From Turneriellaceae bacterium (GTDB lineage Bacteria > Spirochaetota > Leptospiria > Turneriellales > JAOUFE01), in NCBI GenBank assembly GCA_050304475.1, contig JBNLDQ010000031.1, positions 129,580-193,579 of the forward strand: a stretch of DNA of 64,000 bases, read 5' to 3'. The notes beneath the pieces were generated by a model. The model made no database searches and was not told the DNA's origin. It saw only the letters and a program-made list of their open reading frames with translations. Below, in pieces: positions 44,730-53,306 of the stretch. The first letter of the stretch is position 1, and the number at the start of each line of letters is the position of its first letter. Both the position numbers and the translations under genes were made by a program.

Positions 44730-45386
44730 TTATTTCGAGGACTCCTCCCCTTCATCTTCGACAATCAATAGATCGTCGTCATCGTCTTCAAACACATTTA
44801 AAACATCGTCATCGTCTTCGTCTTCCAGAAGTTCTTCGTCAGGTTCAAGTTCGGTAGAGGTGTCCGGTGCGGTTTCTTCTTCATGCTCATCCGAAATAAT
44901 GACTTCATCGTCGTCTTCTTCGTCGAGAAGGATAATTTCATCTTCGCCGCTTTCCTGCGAATCGTCCGGTTCCGGTTTTGAGGTTTCCGGCGGTTGTACC
45001 GGAGGCGGTTCGGGGGTTGCCGGTTGAGCCGGGGCCGGGGCCGCAGCGGTGGATGTTGTCGATGCTGTCGATGCTGTCGATGCTGTCGATGAGGAGCCTG
45101 ATTTTACCCCGTCGAGTTTGGCAATAATTTCCGAGATTTTATCTTCCAGCGATTTTTCGCGTTTTTGCAAACGATCCAGTTCCGTTTTCGCGTCTTCCAG
45201 TTCAGAGCGTAATTTTTCCGCTTCGTTTACTTTTTCTTCAGCGGTTAGTTTCAGCTGGTCATTGCTCGCCTTGAGCCGTTCCACCTCGCTTTCCAGGTGG
45301 CTGTTTTCGACTCGAAGGTCCGATATCAACTCCAGAGCCTTGACAATTCTACCCTCCAGTTGCTCCAGTTGTTCCATTGTAATCAT
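44730..45386 (-). CDS. zapB: ZapB-like coiled-coil protein with a long acidic C-terminal tail
   Basis: The N-terminal MEQLEQLEGRIVKALELISDLRVENSHLESEVERLK parallels E. coli ZapB ([29 protein letters not shown]). It lies directly upstream of zapA. An S/T/A repeat, a P-rich linker and a D/E-rich tail follow. Confidence 0.6.
   Translation of the reverse strand: MITMEQLEQLEGRIVKALELISDLRVENSHLESEVERLKASNDQLKLTAEEKVNEAEKLRSELEDAKTELDRLQKREKSLEDKISEIIAKLDGVKSGSSSTASTASTASTTSTAAAPAPAQPATPEPPPVQPPETSKPEPDDSQESGEDEIILLDEEDDDEVIISDEHEEETAPDTSTELEPDEELLEDEDDDDVLNVFEDDDDDLLIVEDEGEESSK
45052..45090. repeat. Tandem 9-bp repeat (GATGCTGTC x3 plus one variant copy) inside the zapB-like CDS
   Basis: gatgttgtc gatgctgtc gatgctgtc gatgctgtc gat; it encodes the (STA)n run SSSTASTASTASTTST on the minus strand. 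Confidence 0.9.
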
Positions 45387-45453
45387 TTCATCGCTCCTCT
45401 AATTAACATTCAATTCCAATTTCAACCTGCCTTGTACAAACGCACGGTTCTCC

Positions 45454-46089
45454 CTACTCTTTGGCGAGTTTGTTTAACGGGTTTTCCAGAAGTTGCGTAT
45501 CGGTCGGCGGTTTATAATTAAACAGGCTGGCCTTAATACCAATATCGGTTTCTATGTTGCTAAAGCTGATATTGATTACGTCTTTTCCTTCCTGTATTTG
45601 AATCGCTTGTATCATTCCGTTTTCAACATCAATGACGACTTTTTTCTCCATTTCGCCGGATGAATATGTTTTTTCGTACACATAGCGGTTTTGCACTTCG
45701 TCTTTCACAAACCGGTCAAGATCGTCCAGAATGCCCAGGTCGCCGGCCTCGACGGTTTGCCGGATGCACACCAATGTTTCGGGGTTATAAATCCATAAAT
45801 AAAGACCGTTTGTGGCAATTACTTTTTTATTTTTTAATTCAATATGCAGTTTGTTGGGGTATTGGTAATAAATTTTACCTTCGTAAAAAGCGCCTTGCGA
45901 ATTATTATACGTAAAATTGGCGGCGAAGCTGGAAAAAAGTCCGCTCAAACCCTCTTTTAAAGCAGAAGGTGCCGAAGAAGGCGAACCTTGAACTCCCAAT
46001 GCAGGAAAGGCCGAAAACACGATTACAAATACGGCCAGCGCCAGCCCCATTTTCCCGATTCGGTTCATATTCAATACTCTATTGGCCAT
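45454..46089 (-). CDS. lolA: LolA-like outer-membrane lipoprotein carrier/sorting protein
   Basis: Signal peptide (MGLALAVFVIVFSAFPALG). F.ANFTY...GKIYYQYPNKLHIE...NGLYLWIYNPE...FNYKPP is colinear with LolA (F.ASFTQ..GDLWVKRPNLF..DGKTLWFYNP..FTFTPP). ATG 46089; the track start 46101 is a TTG. Confidence 0.65.
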   Translation of the reverse strand: MANRVLNMNRIGKMGLALAVFVIVFSAFPALGVQGSPSSAPSALKEGLSGLFSSFAANFTYNNSQGAFYEGKIYYQYPNKLHIELKNKKVIATNGLYLWIYNPETLVCIRQTVEAGDLGILDDLDRFVKDEVQNRYVYEKTYSSGEMEKKVVIDVENGMIQAIQIQEGKDVINISFSNIETDIGIKASLFNYKPPTDTQLLENPLNKLAKE

Positions 46090-46133
46090 TGAGTCCGGCA
46101 ATGATTTTTTTAAATCGATTTTACGCGAAGGTT

Positions 46134-47174
46134 TTACAGTAAGAACGCGGAAATATCCAAGGCAAAACCGGCGGCGCTGGCGCTTTCGGGCCGGTACTTC
46201 TCTACCAGGTGGTCGTAAGCCCCCCCGCGCAAGGCGGGCATAGAGATATCTTTTAAAAAACCCTCAAAAATTATACCCGAATAGTAATCCACCTTGCGAA
46301 TCAGTAGCGGTTCCCACCGCAGGGGGATCGAGTTTTGACGCAACTCTTCAGCCAAACCCCGGCTTTGTTTCATGGACTCTTCCATGTCCGCCAGAAACTC
46401 TTTTTGAACATTGTTTTCGGCTTCGGAACAAATTGCACCCCAAAGCTTGTCCCATTCGGGGGCTTCCAGCGCAGTCACGGAATATAGCAACGCTCTGGCC
46501 AAACGGCCGGCCGCTTCGGGGGACCAGTTTGCCTGGGTTGCGGCATGCGCCGTGAATAGCCCGGCAAGTTCGGGCGCATCGCGCCGGATCAAAACGTCCC
46601 GTAACGACTCATGGCTGATATGCGCCTCTAAGGTACGGTAGACGGCGACGTCGCCCAATAAAATAATATGTTCGTGGTCGCAAATGTCGCGCAACACGCG
46701 GTGCGCCAAGTCCACCAGCATCGGGATCGACTCTTCGCTGCGGTGCCCGATGGTTTCAACGCCCAGCTGGTAAATTTCGCGTAAATGCGGGTAGCTTTTG
46801 CGTGCGTCGCGGAACACCGGCATAAGATAATAAAATTTTTGTTCGCTATTTTCCGGACTTTGGTCGGTTGAATCTCCGTTTTGCAGCGCGGATCTTTCCA
46901 TTAAGTTGGCATACCCTTTGATCACCTGGGCGGTTGCGTCGCTTCTCAGCAGCAAATCTTCGCCGCGGGAATCGCGCAAATGAAATGAGTCGAAACTTTC
47001 ATAGGCGTGAAAAGTCTCGGGGTAATCAACCGTAGACGGGATGACCGCGCGGTAACCTTCTTTGTCTAACAAGTCTTTTATCCCGCGCGACAAACGCTCT
47101 AACCTAGCCGCCGCCGCCGGGTCGTAAAAATGAAAACCGTATGGCGGGCGCCGTTTTCTATAATTCGTGTGCAT
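46134..47174 (-). CDS. hisZ: ATP phosphoribosyltransferase regulatory subunit HisZ (HisRS paralogue)
   Basis: 346 aa. The class-II aaRS-like core has FYYLMPVFRD...REIYQLGVETIG but no anticodon-binding domain. This is consistent with the short hisG at 32070. Confidence 0.8.
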   Translation of the reverse strand: MHTNYRKRRPPYGFHFYDPAAAARLERLSRGIKDLLDKEGYRAVIPSTVDYPETFHAYESFDSFHLRDSRGEDLLLRSDATAQVIKGYANLMERSALQNGDSTDQSPENSEQKFYYLMPVFRDARKSYPHLREIYQLGVETIGHRSEESIPMLVDLAHRVLRDICDHEHIILLGDVAVYRTLEAHISHESLRDVLIRRDAPELAGLFTAHAATQANWSPEAAGRLARALLYSVTALEAPEWDKLWGAICSEAENNVQKEFLADMEESMKQSRGLAEELRQNSIPLRWEPLLIRKVDYYSGIIFEGFLKDISMPALRGGAYDHLVEKYRPESASAAGFALDISAFLL

Positions 47175-48306
47175 AACGTTCCATTATCTCCTGCGCCGCT
47201 GTCAGCCCTGCGCCTGTTTTTACCGGGTATCCCTGGTTTTTCAGGGTTGTTTCAAGCGCCCCGAAAAAGACGAGAATGTCGCTCGTATCGATATACCCCA
47301 GGGTGCCGACGCGAAATATTTTTCCTTTCATGTCGCCCTGCCCCCCGGCAATCGTGACATGGTGTTTGTCTTTCATCTCGGATACAATGCGGGCTCCGTC
47401 AAGACCTTCGGGGGTTTCAATGGCCGTTACCGAAATCGAAGGGCTTTCGCTGAAAAGTTTCAACCCAAGCGCTTTGACGCCTGCATGAACCATTTCCCGT
47501 AAAATTTCGTTTTTACGGTAGAGTTTTTCCCAACCGTAATTTTTCATCATTTTTAAAGCGACGTTTAACGCTTTGATTAAATTAATGGCGGGCGTCCAGG
47601 CCGTGGTGTTTTTTTTCAATGCGTCTCTCTCGGCAAGGGCGTTAAAATAAAATTTCGGTAAGTCCGATTTTTCGGCGCGCCGCCAGGCTCTTTCCGAAAA
47701 CCAGCAAAAAGACAGCCCCGGCGGCAACATCAACGATTTTTGCGAACCGCCGATCACCACATCCAGGCCCCACTTGTCGCAGCAAACCGGAGTAACGCCC
47801 AACGCGCTAATGGCGTCAACCAGAACCAGAACGCCGCTTTCCGAAGCCGCTTTGGCGATTGCCTCGACATCGTTCATGGCGCCTGTGGAGGTTTCGGAAA
47901 ACTCCAGCATGACCGACACGATATCCGGGTTCGCGGCTAACGTCTTTTTAACTTCTTCCGGGTTGGCCGCCCCCCCGTTGGGCAAATCCATCAACTCAAC
48001 GAGCAAACCGTAGGTTTCGGAGATTTGGGCCATGCGTTCCGAAAATTTTCCGTTTTTAATCACCAGGGTTTTTTCGCCTCTGGAATGAGTATTCACAATG
48101 GCGGCTTCCATCGCCCCCGTGCCAGAAGCGGCGAACGTTAAAACCGGTAAGGTCGTTTGAAAGAGTTCTTTTAATAAAGTTTGCGTCTCGGCCACCACCC
48201 CTTCAAACTCGGGGGTCCGGTGGTGGATCATCGGCTTTGCCATTTCAAGCAAAACTTCGGCGGGGATTTGCACCGGTCCCGGTGCGAGCAGGTATTTTTT
48301 TTCCAT
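47158..48306 (-). CDS. Class V aminotransferase (serine-pyruvate / alanine-glyoxylate / phosphoserine aminotransferase-like)
   Basis: LLAPGPVQIP, AASGTGAMEAAIVN and GGSQKSLMLPPGLSF (PLP lysine context). ATG 48306 (MEKKYLL...) avoids overlap with glyS. Its 3' end overlaps the hisZ start by 17 nt. Confidence 0.9.
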   Translation of the reverse strand: MEKKYLLAPGPVQIPAEVLLEMAKPMIHHRTPEFEGVVAETQTLLKELFQTTLPVLTFAASGTGAMEAAIVNTHSRGEKTLVIKNGKFSERMAQISETYGLLVELMDLPNGGAANPEEVKKTLAANPDIVSVMLEFSETSTGAMNDVEAIAKAASESGVLVLVDAISALGVTPVCCDKWGLDVVIGGSQKSLMLPPGLSFCWFSERAWRRAEKSDLPKFYFNALAERDALKKNTTAWTPAINLIKALNVALKMMKNYGWEKLYRKNEILREMVHAGVKALGLKLFSESPSISVTAIETPEGLDGARIVSEMKDKHHVTIAGGQGDMKGKIFRVGTLGYIDTSDILVFFGALETTLKNQGYPVKTGAGLTAAQEIMERYAHEL

Positions 48307-48337
48307 ATTTATTCTCTTGCTGTCTCTTAGGCGATTC

Positions 48338-50467
48338 CTATTGCAATTGTGAAATATCAAGCACGTTTTTCACCGGCGTGACTACATTTTGCAGTAAAGA
48401 AAGCCGGTTGAGGCGAATTGATTCATCTTCGTGCATCACCATCACATCGTCAAAAAAACCGTCGACCGTTTCTTTGCCCGATGCCATAAATTCAAAGATA
48501 CGGCGGTAGTCTTCCGTTTGGGCGTTTTTTGCCTGCTCCAGCATGGCGCCCAGTTTACCGCCCATTTCATTTAAATCTTTTTCACGGTCGCTGTCAAACA
48601 AGTTCGAGTCGGGCGTTGCGGGCAAAAGAACCTTGCCGTTTTTTTCGTGAAAGTCGTTTAAAATATTGTTCATTCGCTTAAAGGCTTCCATCAAGGCGCT
48701 AAATCGCTCGTCGCCGCGCAGTTCCCGCAGCGCGGCCAGTTTTAAATATAGCTGGTAGAGATCGCCGGTTCCGCTGTAGAGGGCGGCTCGAATGAGTTTT
48801 TTATCAAAACCTTCTTTTTCAAAGATCGTCGACAATCGCCCCAACACAAATTCGCGGATTTGCTCAAACAGTTCAGCGCTACGCTTGCCGGCTTCGGGGT
48901 ATACCCCGCTCTCCTGGTCAAGAGACTCTTTCACCCAATCGAAAATCGAAAAGCCGATCTTGTTTTCAATGATCATCTCAATCACATAGAGTGTCTGCCG
49001 TCGAAGGCCCAAGGGGTCTTGTGCGGCGGTCGGCTGTTTGTTTAAAACAAACCCGGCAATGATATTGTCCATTTTATCGGCAACGGATAAAACAATCCCC
49101 AGAGGCGAAGACGGGTAGTCGTCGTCCTTGTGGCGGGGCAGATAGTGCTGGGCAATGGCGCGCGACACTTCGGCCTCTTCGCCGTCGGCGGCCGCATAAA
49201 TTGCGCCAATCTCGCCTTGCAGGTGGTCAAATTCATAAACCAATAATGTTGTCAGGTCGGCTTTCGCCAAATCGGCGGCATGTTCAAGACGCCGCTTCTC
49301 TTGCAGCAATTCGGGCGCAAAACCGGAGGCTTTGAGAAACGAAAAAGCGAGAGTTTTCAAACGCTCTTTTTTATCAAAAAGAGTTCCCATGCCTTCCTGG
49401 TAAACCACTCGTTTCAAGTCGTCAATTCGCCCGGCCAGCGGCTTTTTACGGTCTTCGCGAAAGAAGTAGGTGCCGTCGGAAAGTCTCGCCCGGAGCACCT
49501 TTTCGTTGCCCCGCTTGATATTTTCTTTGGCTTGCGGGGTGTTAAATTCTCCGTTGGCAATGGTAATAAAGTCGTTTGAAAGAGAACCGTCGCTCTTCTT
49601 GAGACCAAAATAACGCTGGTGGTCGTTCATCTCGCTCAAGATTAAAATATCGGGCAATTCAAGAAAAGCGGCTTCAAAGGAACCGCGCACCGCAACGGGC
49701 CGCTCCACCAGAAAGTTAACCTCATCAAGCAACTCTTCCGGAACAATTGCCTTCTCTTCGCCGGCTGTTTCATGTAACATGGCGGTAATTTTTTCTCTGC
49801 GTTTGATATCATCGACAATGACCCCTTCTTTGGCCAAAGCGGTTTCATATGTGGCGGCGTCTGCCAGAGGCAAAGGCGTCCGTTCCGGCCAAAGCCTTGC
49901 CAGCGGTTCGGCCTGCGGTATCAATGACCAGAAATCCCCGGAAAAAGTCACGCCACTTGCGCCATACCTGGCATGGTACTGCAAGATGGGTCTGGCGTAT
50001 GTAATGGTACGGTTGCCCCATCGCATTGACTTGGGGAACTTGCGTTTTTTTACCAGCTCTTCGAGAATATCGCTCATCACCCGGGTAGCTTCGCGCCCGC
50101 CCTTGGTTACAATGGCCGTGGCGTACTCTTTTTTATCAATTTCGCGGAACGTTACTTTGGAAACATCCACCCCGGCTTTTTTGGCAAACCCCAGCAAGGC
50201 GGGGGACGGTTGATCGTTTTGATAACAAATCTCTTTGGGAGGCCCCTTCATCTCTTCTTCTTCGACTTTCTGCATGGGCGAAAGTCCCGAGACAAGGGCG
50301 TAAATCCGCCGGGCGGTTCCGCTGACTTTGATTTCGGTAAAATCAAGGCTGTTTTGACGGGCCATTTCAGGGAGCGCTTTTCGCCAGGCTTCAATGGCGG
50401 CAATTTGATACGACGCCGGGATCTCTTCGGTATAAAGTTCAAATAAAAAATCGGATGCGTTGGCCAT
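48338..50467 (-). CDS. glyS: Glycine--tRNA ligase beta subunit
   Basis: 709 aa. The start FLFELYTEEIPASYQ, then RRIY, RWGN and DPLGLRR are typical of GlyS. Confidence 0.95.
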   Translation of the reverse strand: MANASDFLFELYTEEIPASYQIAAIEAWRKALPEMARQNSLDFTEIKVSGTARRIYALVSGLSPMQKVEEEEMKGPPKEICYQNDQPSPALLGFAKKAGVDVSKVTFREIDKKEYATAIVTKGGREATRVMSDILEELVKKRKFPKSMRWGNRTITYARPILQYHARYGASGVTFSGDFWSLIPQAEPLARLWPERTPLPLADAATYETALAKEGVIVDDIKRREKITAMLHETAGEEKAIVPEELLDEVNFLVERPVAVRGSFEAAFLELPDILILSEMNDHQRYFGLKKSDGSLSNDFITIANGEFNTPQAKENIKRGNEKVLRARLSDGTYFFREDRKKPLAGRIDDLKRVVYQEGMGTLFDKKERLKTLAFSFLKASGFAPELLQEKRRLEHAADLAKADLTTLLVYEFDHLQGEIGAIYAAADGEEAEVSRAIAQHYLPRHKDDDYPSSPLGIVLSVADKMDNIIAGFVLNKQPTAAQDPLGLRRQTLYVIEMIIENKIGFSIFDWVKESLDQESGVYPEAGKRSAELFEQIREFVLGRLSTIFEKEGFDKKLIRAALYSGTGDLYQLYLKLAALRELRGDERFSALMEAFKRMNNILNDFHEKNGKVLLPATPDSNLFDSDREKDLNEMGGKLGAMLEQAKNAQTEDYRRIFEFMASGKETVDGFFDDVMVMHEDESIRLNRLSLLQNVVTPVKNVLDISQLQ

Positions 50468-50661
50468 ACATCCTTACTTCATTTTTGAGCTGCCTTGCAA
50501 AGCAAAACATGCCCGTCTGCGGTAGCGTTACCGTTACCGGCTACCGTACGCCAACAACGCATGCAAACCGGAAAACAAGAAAAGAGCGGCCTCGCTTTAT
50601 ATTGTATTGCCTGTTTGTAACGGAAATGAAGGAATCGGTATTTTTAGATATTGTACATCTT

Positions 50662-50689
50662 TTGTTGTATTTTTGTTTGACAATATAAT
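50662..50689 (+). promoter_or_regulatory. Putative sigma70-type promoter of the HD-GYP-like gene
   Basis: TTGTTG (50662-50667), a 16-nt spacer, then TATAAT (50684-50689), 52 nt upstream of ATG 50742. This is a sequence match only. Confidence 0.3.
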
Positions 50690-50741
50690 CTAAATCAAGG
50701 CAATAGGAACCGGCAACGTCATCTTCTCTTTCGGAAACATC

Positions 50742-52178
50742 ATGAACCTGCAAAAGTTTCAATTTTCGGATGAAATCATCACCTACTTTAAAGAGGCAAA
50801 AATTATCCCTTTGAATTTTTATAACAAATCGGGGCAGGTTTTAATTCACACAAAAACAAAAGCCACTGCCAACGAAGTCAACGGTCTTCTTCGATTCAAA
50901 CAACAGGGAATTTACTACGATAAAGACGATGAGCATAAACTAAAGCGAAGACCGCGAAAATATAAAACGCCCGAAGGGTTAACCGGCACCCGTTTGTTGA
51001 CCGAAGAGACATCCCGCGCATTGATTGCATCGTCGCATGATTTGTTCCGCCAGTTGAAAAGTTCCGGTTTAACCTCGCTTGCGACCCAAAAATTGAAAAA
51101 AACACTCAACGATGTTTTTGAAAACTTTATAAAACAGCCCGACGTCAATACCGGTCTAATCAATATTCTGGAACTTCTATCGCATGAAAATTTAAGTTAT
51201 GAAATCGAGATCTCAATCAAACGAACGGTCGTGGCCATGGCCATGAAGACAAGGGGAATCATCTACCAGAACGCAAAAGAGAGAGACAAGATGCAAAACC
51301 AGATGAATCATTTGTTGTGCGCCTCTATGCTTTGCGATATTTCTTATTCTAAAATGAAAATACCCGACACAGGCGAGCTGACCCAAGAGCAGATGGAATA
51401 TATTCGCAAGCACCCGTTGGTTTCATACTTGATGCTTGCCCACGAATCCACGCTCGACCGGAAAATCAAAAGAAATATATTGGTTCAACACCGCCCGATG
51501 CCTTCGGACGAGAATACAAACAACTATCCGAAACTCAAATGGATTATTCTGAAACTTTCCGAAATGTACCGGACCCATGGCGCCCACCCCGAAAAAAAAC
51601 ATATCGCCCAAAACATTGCCGGCACAATCCATGATTTAAACCGGGAAATCCTGTATGACGAAGATGCGGCCATTTTATCGCTGGCTTCGGAATTTGCCTC
51701 TTTAACAACGGATGTGGCATGGCGGCCCGCATACGAACCCCAAAAGGCGATCAAACTCATGATCAATAACTCGTTTTTTTCAACCCCTTTGCGCATGATT
51801 CGCGAATTTCTGGATAACCTTGCAATCAGCCTTTGCAACAACCGTCTCATTTTAACCGAAGGGGATTTTCTCATCATTCATGCGGATTCAATGTCGGGGC
51901 ATGACCATATGGAAGTCTGCCGGATCACCAACGTTGACCGCTACCAAAGCCGGCCCGATGTGCAACGCATCGGTTTTATCAAACCCAATGTACACCGTAC
52001 GCCTAAACTGCGTTTGACCGGTTTCGACCCGAAAAACGTTACTCTGGACAAGCGGCAATCCGAATACTATATGAAAAGCGACACCAGCCGGCGTATTGTC
52101 TATGTCGTTGACGAAGAGCTTGACCCGCAGCTTTATGAATACCTGAACGGTTTGACGGAAAATAACGGTTTACGCTGA
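50742..52178 (+). CDS. Degenerate HD-GYP-domain protein (predicted catalytically inactive) with an uncharacterised C-terminal domain
   Basis: The HD-GYP scaffold is recognisable but its signature residues are replaced. LLCASMLCDISY replaces ..LLHDIGK (CD codons 51333-51338). IRKHPLVSYLML is present. ILVQHRPM replaces HHER. NNYP (51519-51530) replaces GSGYP. LASEFASLTTDVAWRPAY replaces .aDvyDALts.RpY. Confidence 0.65.
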   Translation: MNLQKFQFSDEIITYFKEAKIIPLNFYNKSGQVLIHTKTKATANEVNGLLRFKQQGIYYDKDDEHKLKRRPRKYKTPEGLTGTRLLTEETSRALIASSHDLFRQLKSSGLTSLATQKLKKTLNDVFENFIKQPDVNTGLINILELLSHENLSYEIEISIKRTVVAMAMKTRGIIYQNAKERDKMQNQMNHLLCASMLCDISYSKMKIPDTGELTQEQMEYIRKHPLVSYLMLAHESTLDRKIKRNILVQHRPMPSDENTNNYPKLKWIILKLSEMYRTHGAHPEKKHIAQNIAGTIHDLNREILYDEDAAILSLASEFASLTTDVAWRPAYEPQKAIKLMINNSFFSTPLRMIREFLDNLAISLCNNRLILTEGDFLIIHADSMSGHDHMEVCRITNVDRYQSRPDVQRIGFIKPNVHRTPKLRLTGFDPKNVTLDKRQSEYYMKSDTSRRIVYVVDEELDPQLYEYLNGLTENNGLR

Positions 52179-52316
52179 TATGGCGCAATAGAAAACAATT
52201 CACAGTAATTCAATTGAATTCAAGCGCCCGCTATACCGATAATTAAAATATTAAAATAGCGGACGATGCGATGCATATGTATTTGCGTTTGTCTTGCAGT
52301 TGAATCGAGTTTACCC

Positions 52317-53294
52317 ATGGATACCGTTCATAAATTATACGCTCACCTGGGCAAGATCATTGCATCTTCCACCACCATTGATGAAATTATCAGTGGCATC
52401 ATGAGAGAAATTGAAATCTTTTTTAACCCCGAACATTGGAGCCTGCTGCGCGTGGATGACCAGAGCGATGAACTTTTTTTTGTCGCCATCAAAGGCACCT
52501 TGTTTGACAAAGTCAAGAATATCCGCCTGCGCATCGGAGAAGGAATAGCCGGGAAAGTCGTTCTTGAAAAAAAATCAAGATTTGTGCCCGACACCGACAA
52601 AGAACCGAACTTTTCCCGCAGGGTGGATGAAGCGACCGGGTTTCATACTAAATCCATCATTGCCGTTCCTTTGCTTTTTGGCAGTCATATCTTTGGCGTC
52701 ATTGAAGTTGTAAACAAGTTGGACGGGGGCACCTACACCGTGGAAGACCACCTCATTTTAAGAACCATTGCCGATTTTTCGGCCATCGCCTTTCACAACA
52801 ATAAAATGTACGAAGACATGAAAGAGATGGCTTTTCACGACTCTCTGACCGGCGTCTACAACCGGGCAAAATTAAACAAAATCATTGAAGAGAGAAGCTC
52901 TTTGAACTCGCCCGAACGGCGCAAAAGCACGCCGGGCACTTCCATTGTTTTTATACTCGACCTGGATAAATTCAAAGAAATCAACGATTCGCATAGCCAC
53001 CGCGGCGGCGATAAGGTTTTAAAAGATATTGCCCAACGCCTGAGCGTCTTGATCCGCAGCACGGATAAAGTTTTTCGTGTCGGGGGAGACGAGTTCATGA
53101 TCTTGCTGGAACCGGAAGGCGACCCGGCAAGCGCCATTGAACGGGTATCCGAATCTTTGAAGACAATTTTAAACGAAAGCCCGCACTGGAGCATCCCCTA
53201 CTCATTTTGCTGGGGTATGGCAACCGGCCCCCGGAGCCAACTGGAAGAGATCATCCACGAAGCCGATTTGCAGATGTACAAACAAAAACGGTGA
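52317..53294 (+). CDS. GAF-GGDEF diguanylate cyclase with intact active site and I-site
   Basis: N-terminal GAF (WSLLRVDDQSDELFFVAIKG...GEGIAGKVV...IAVPL). Then DSLTGVYNR, LDLDKFKEINDSHSHRGGD and RSTDKVFRVGGDEF, giving RxxD five residues before GGDEF (53082-53096). ATG 52317 is preferred over the Cys-rich extension from 52266. Confidence 0.9.
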   Translation: MDTVHKLYAHLGKIIASSTTIDEIISGIMREIEIFFNPEHWSLLRVDDQSDELFFVAIKGTLFDKVKNIRLRIGEGIAGKVVLEKKSRFVPDTDKEPNFSRRVDEATGFHTKSIIAVPLLFGSHIFGVIEVVNKLDGGTYTVEDHLILRTIADFSAIAFHNNKMYEDMKEMAFHDSLTGVYNRAKLNKIIEERSSLNSPERRKSTPGTSIVFILDLDKFKEINDSHSHRGGDKVLKDIAQRLSVLIRSTDKVFRVGGDEFMILLEPEGDPASAIERVSESLKTILNESPHWSIPYSFCWGMATGPRSQLEEIIHEADLQMYKQKR

Positions 53295-53306
53295 GCGCGG
53301 TTCGGG

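Noticed and set aside
45052-45090. Tandem 9-bp repeat considered as a CRISPR fragment or phase-variation switch
   Set aside because: There are no spacers, so it is not CRISPR. The unit is a multiple of 3 and lies in-frame within a CDS, so copy changes alter length but cannot switch the gene off.
50468-50741. T-box or other riboswitch in the glyS leader
   Set aside because: I could not find a T-box core (AGGGTGGTACCGCG-like) or a specifier-loop arrangement. Only a generic hairpin is present, reported at low interest.
52207-52220. 14-bp perfect palindrome AATTCAATTGAATT between the HD-GYP-like and GGDEF genes, and a second one, ATATTCCGGAATAT, at 15879-15892
   Set aside because: About 64000 x 4^-7 = 3.9 perfect 14-bp palindromes are expected by chance in a window this size, and more in A/T-rich spacers. 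They are not significant on their own.
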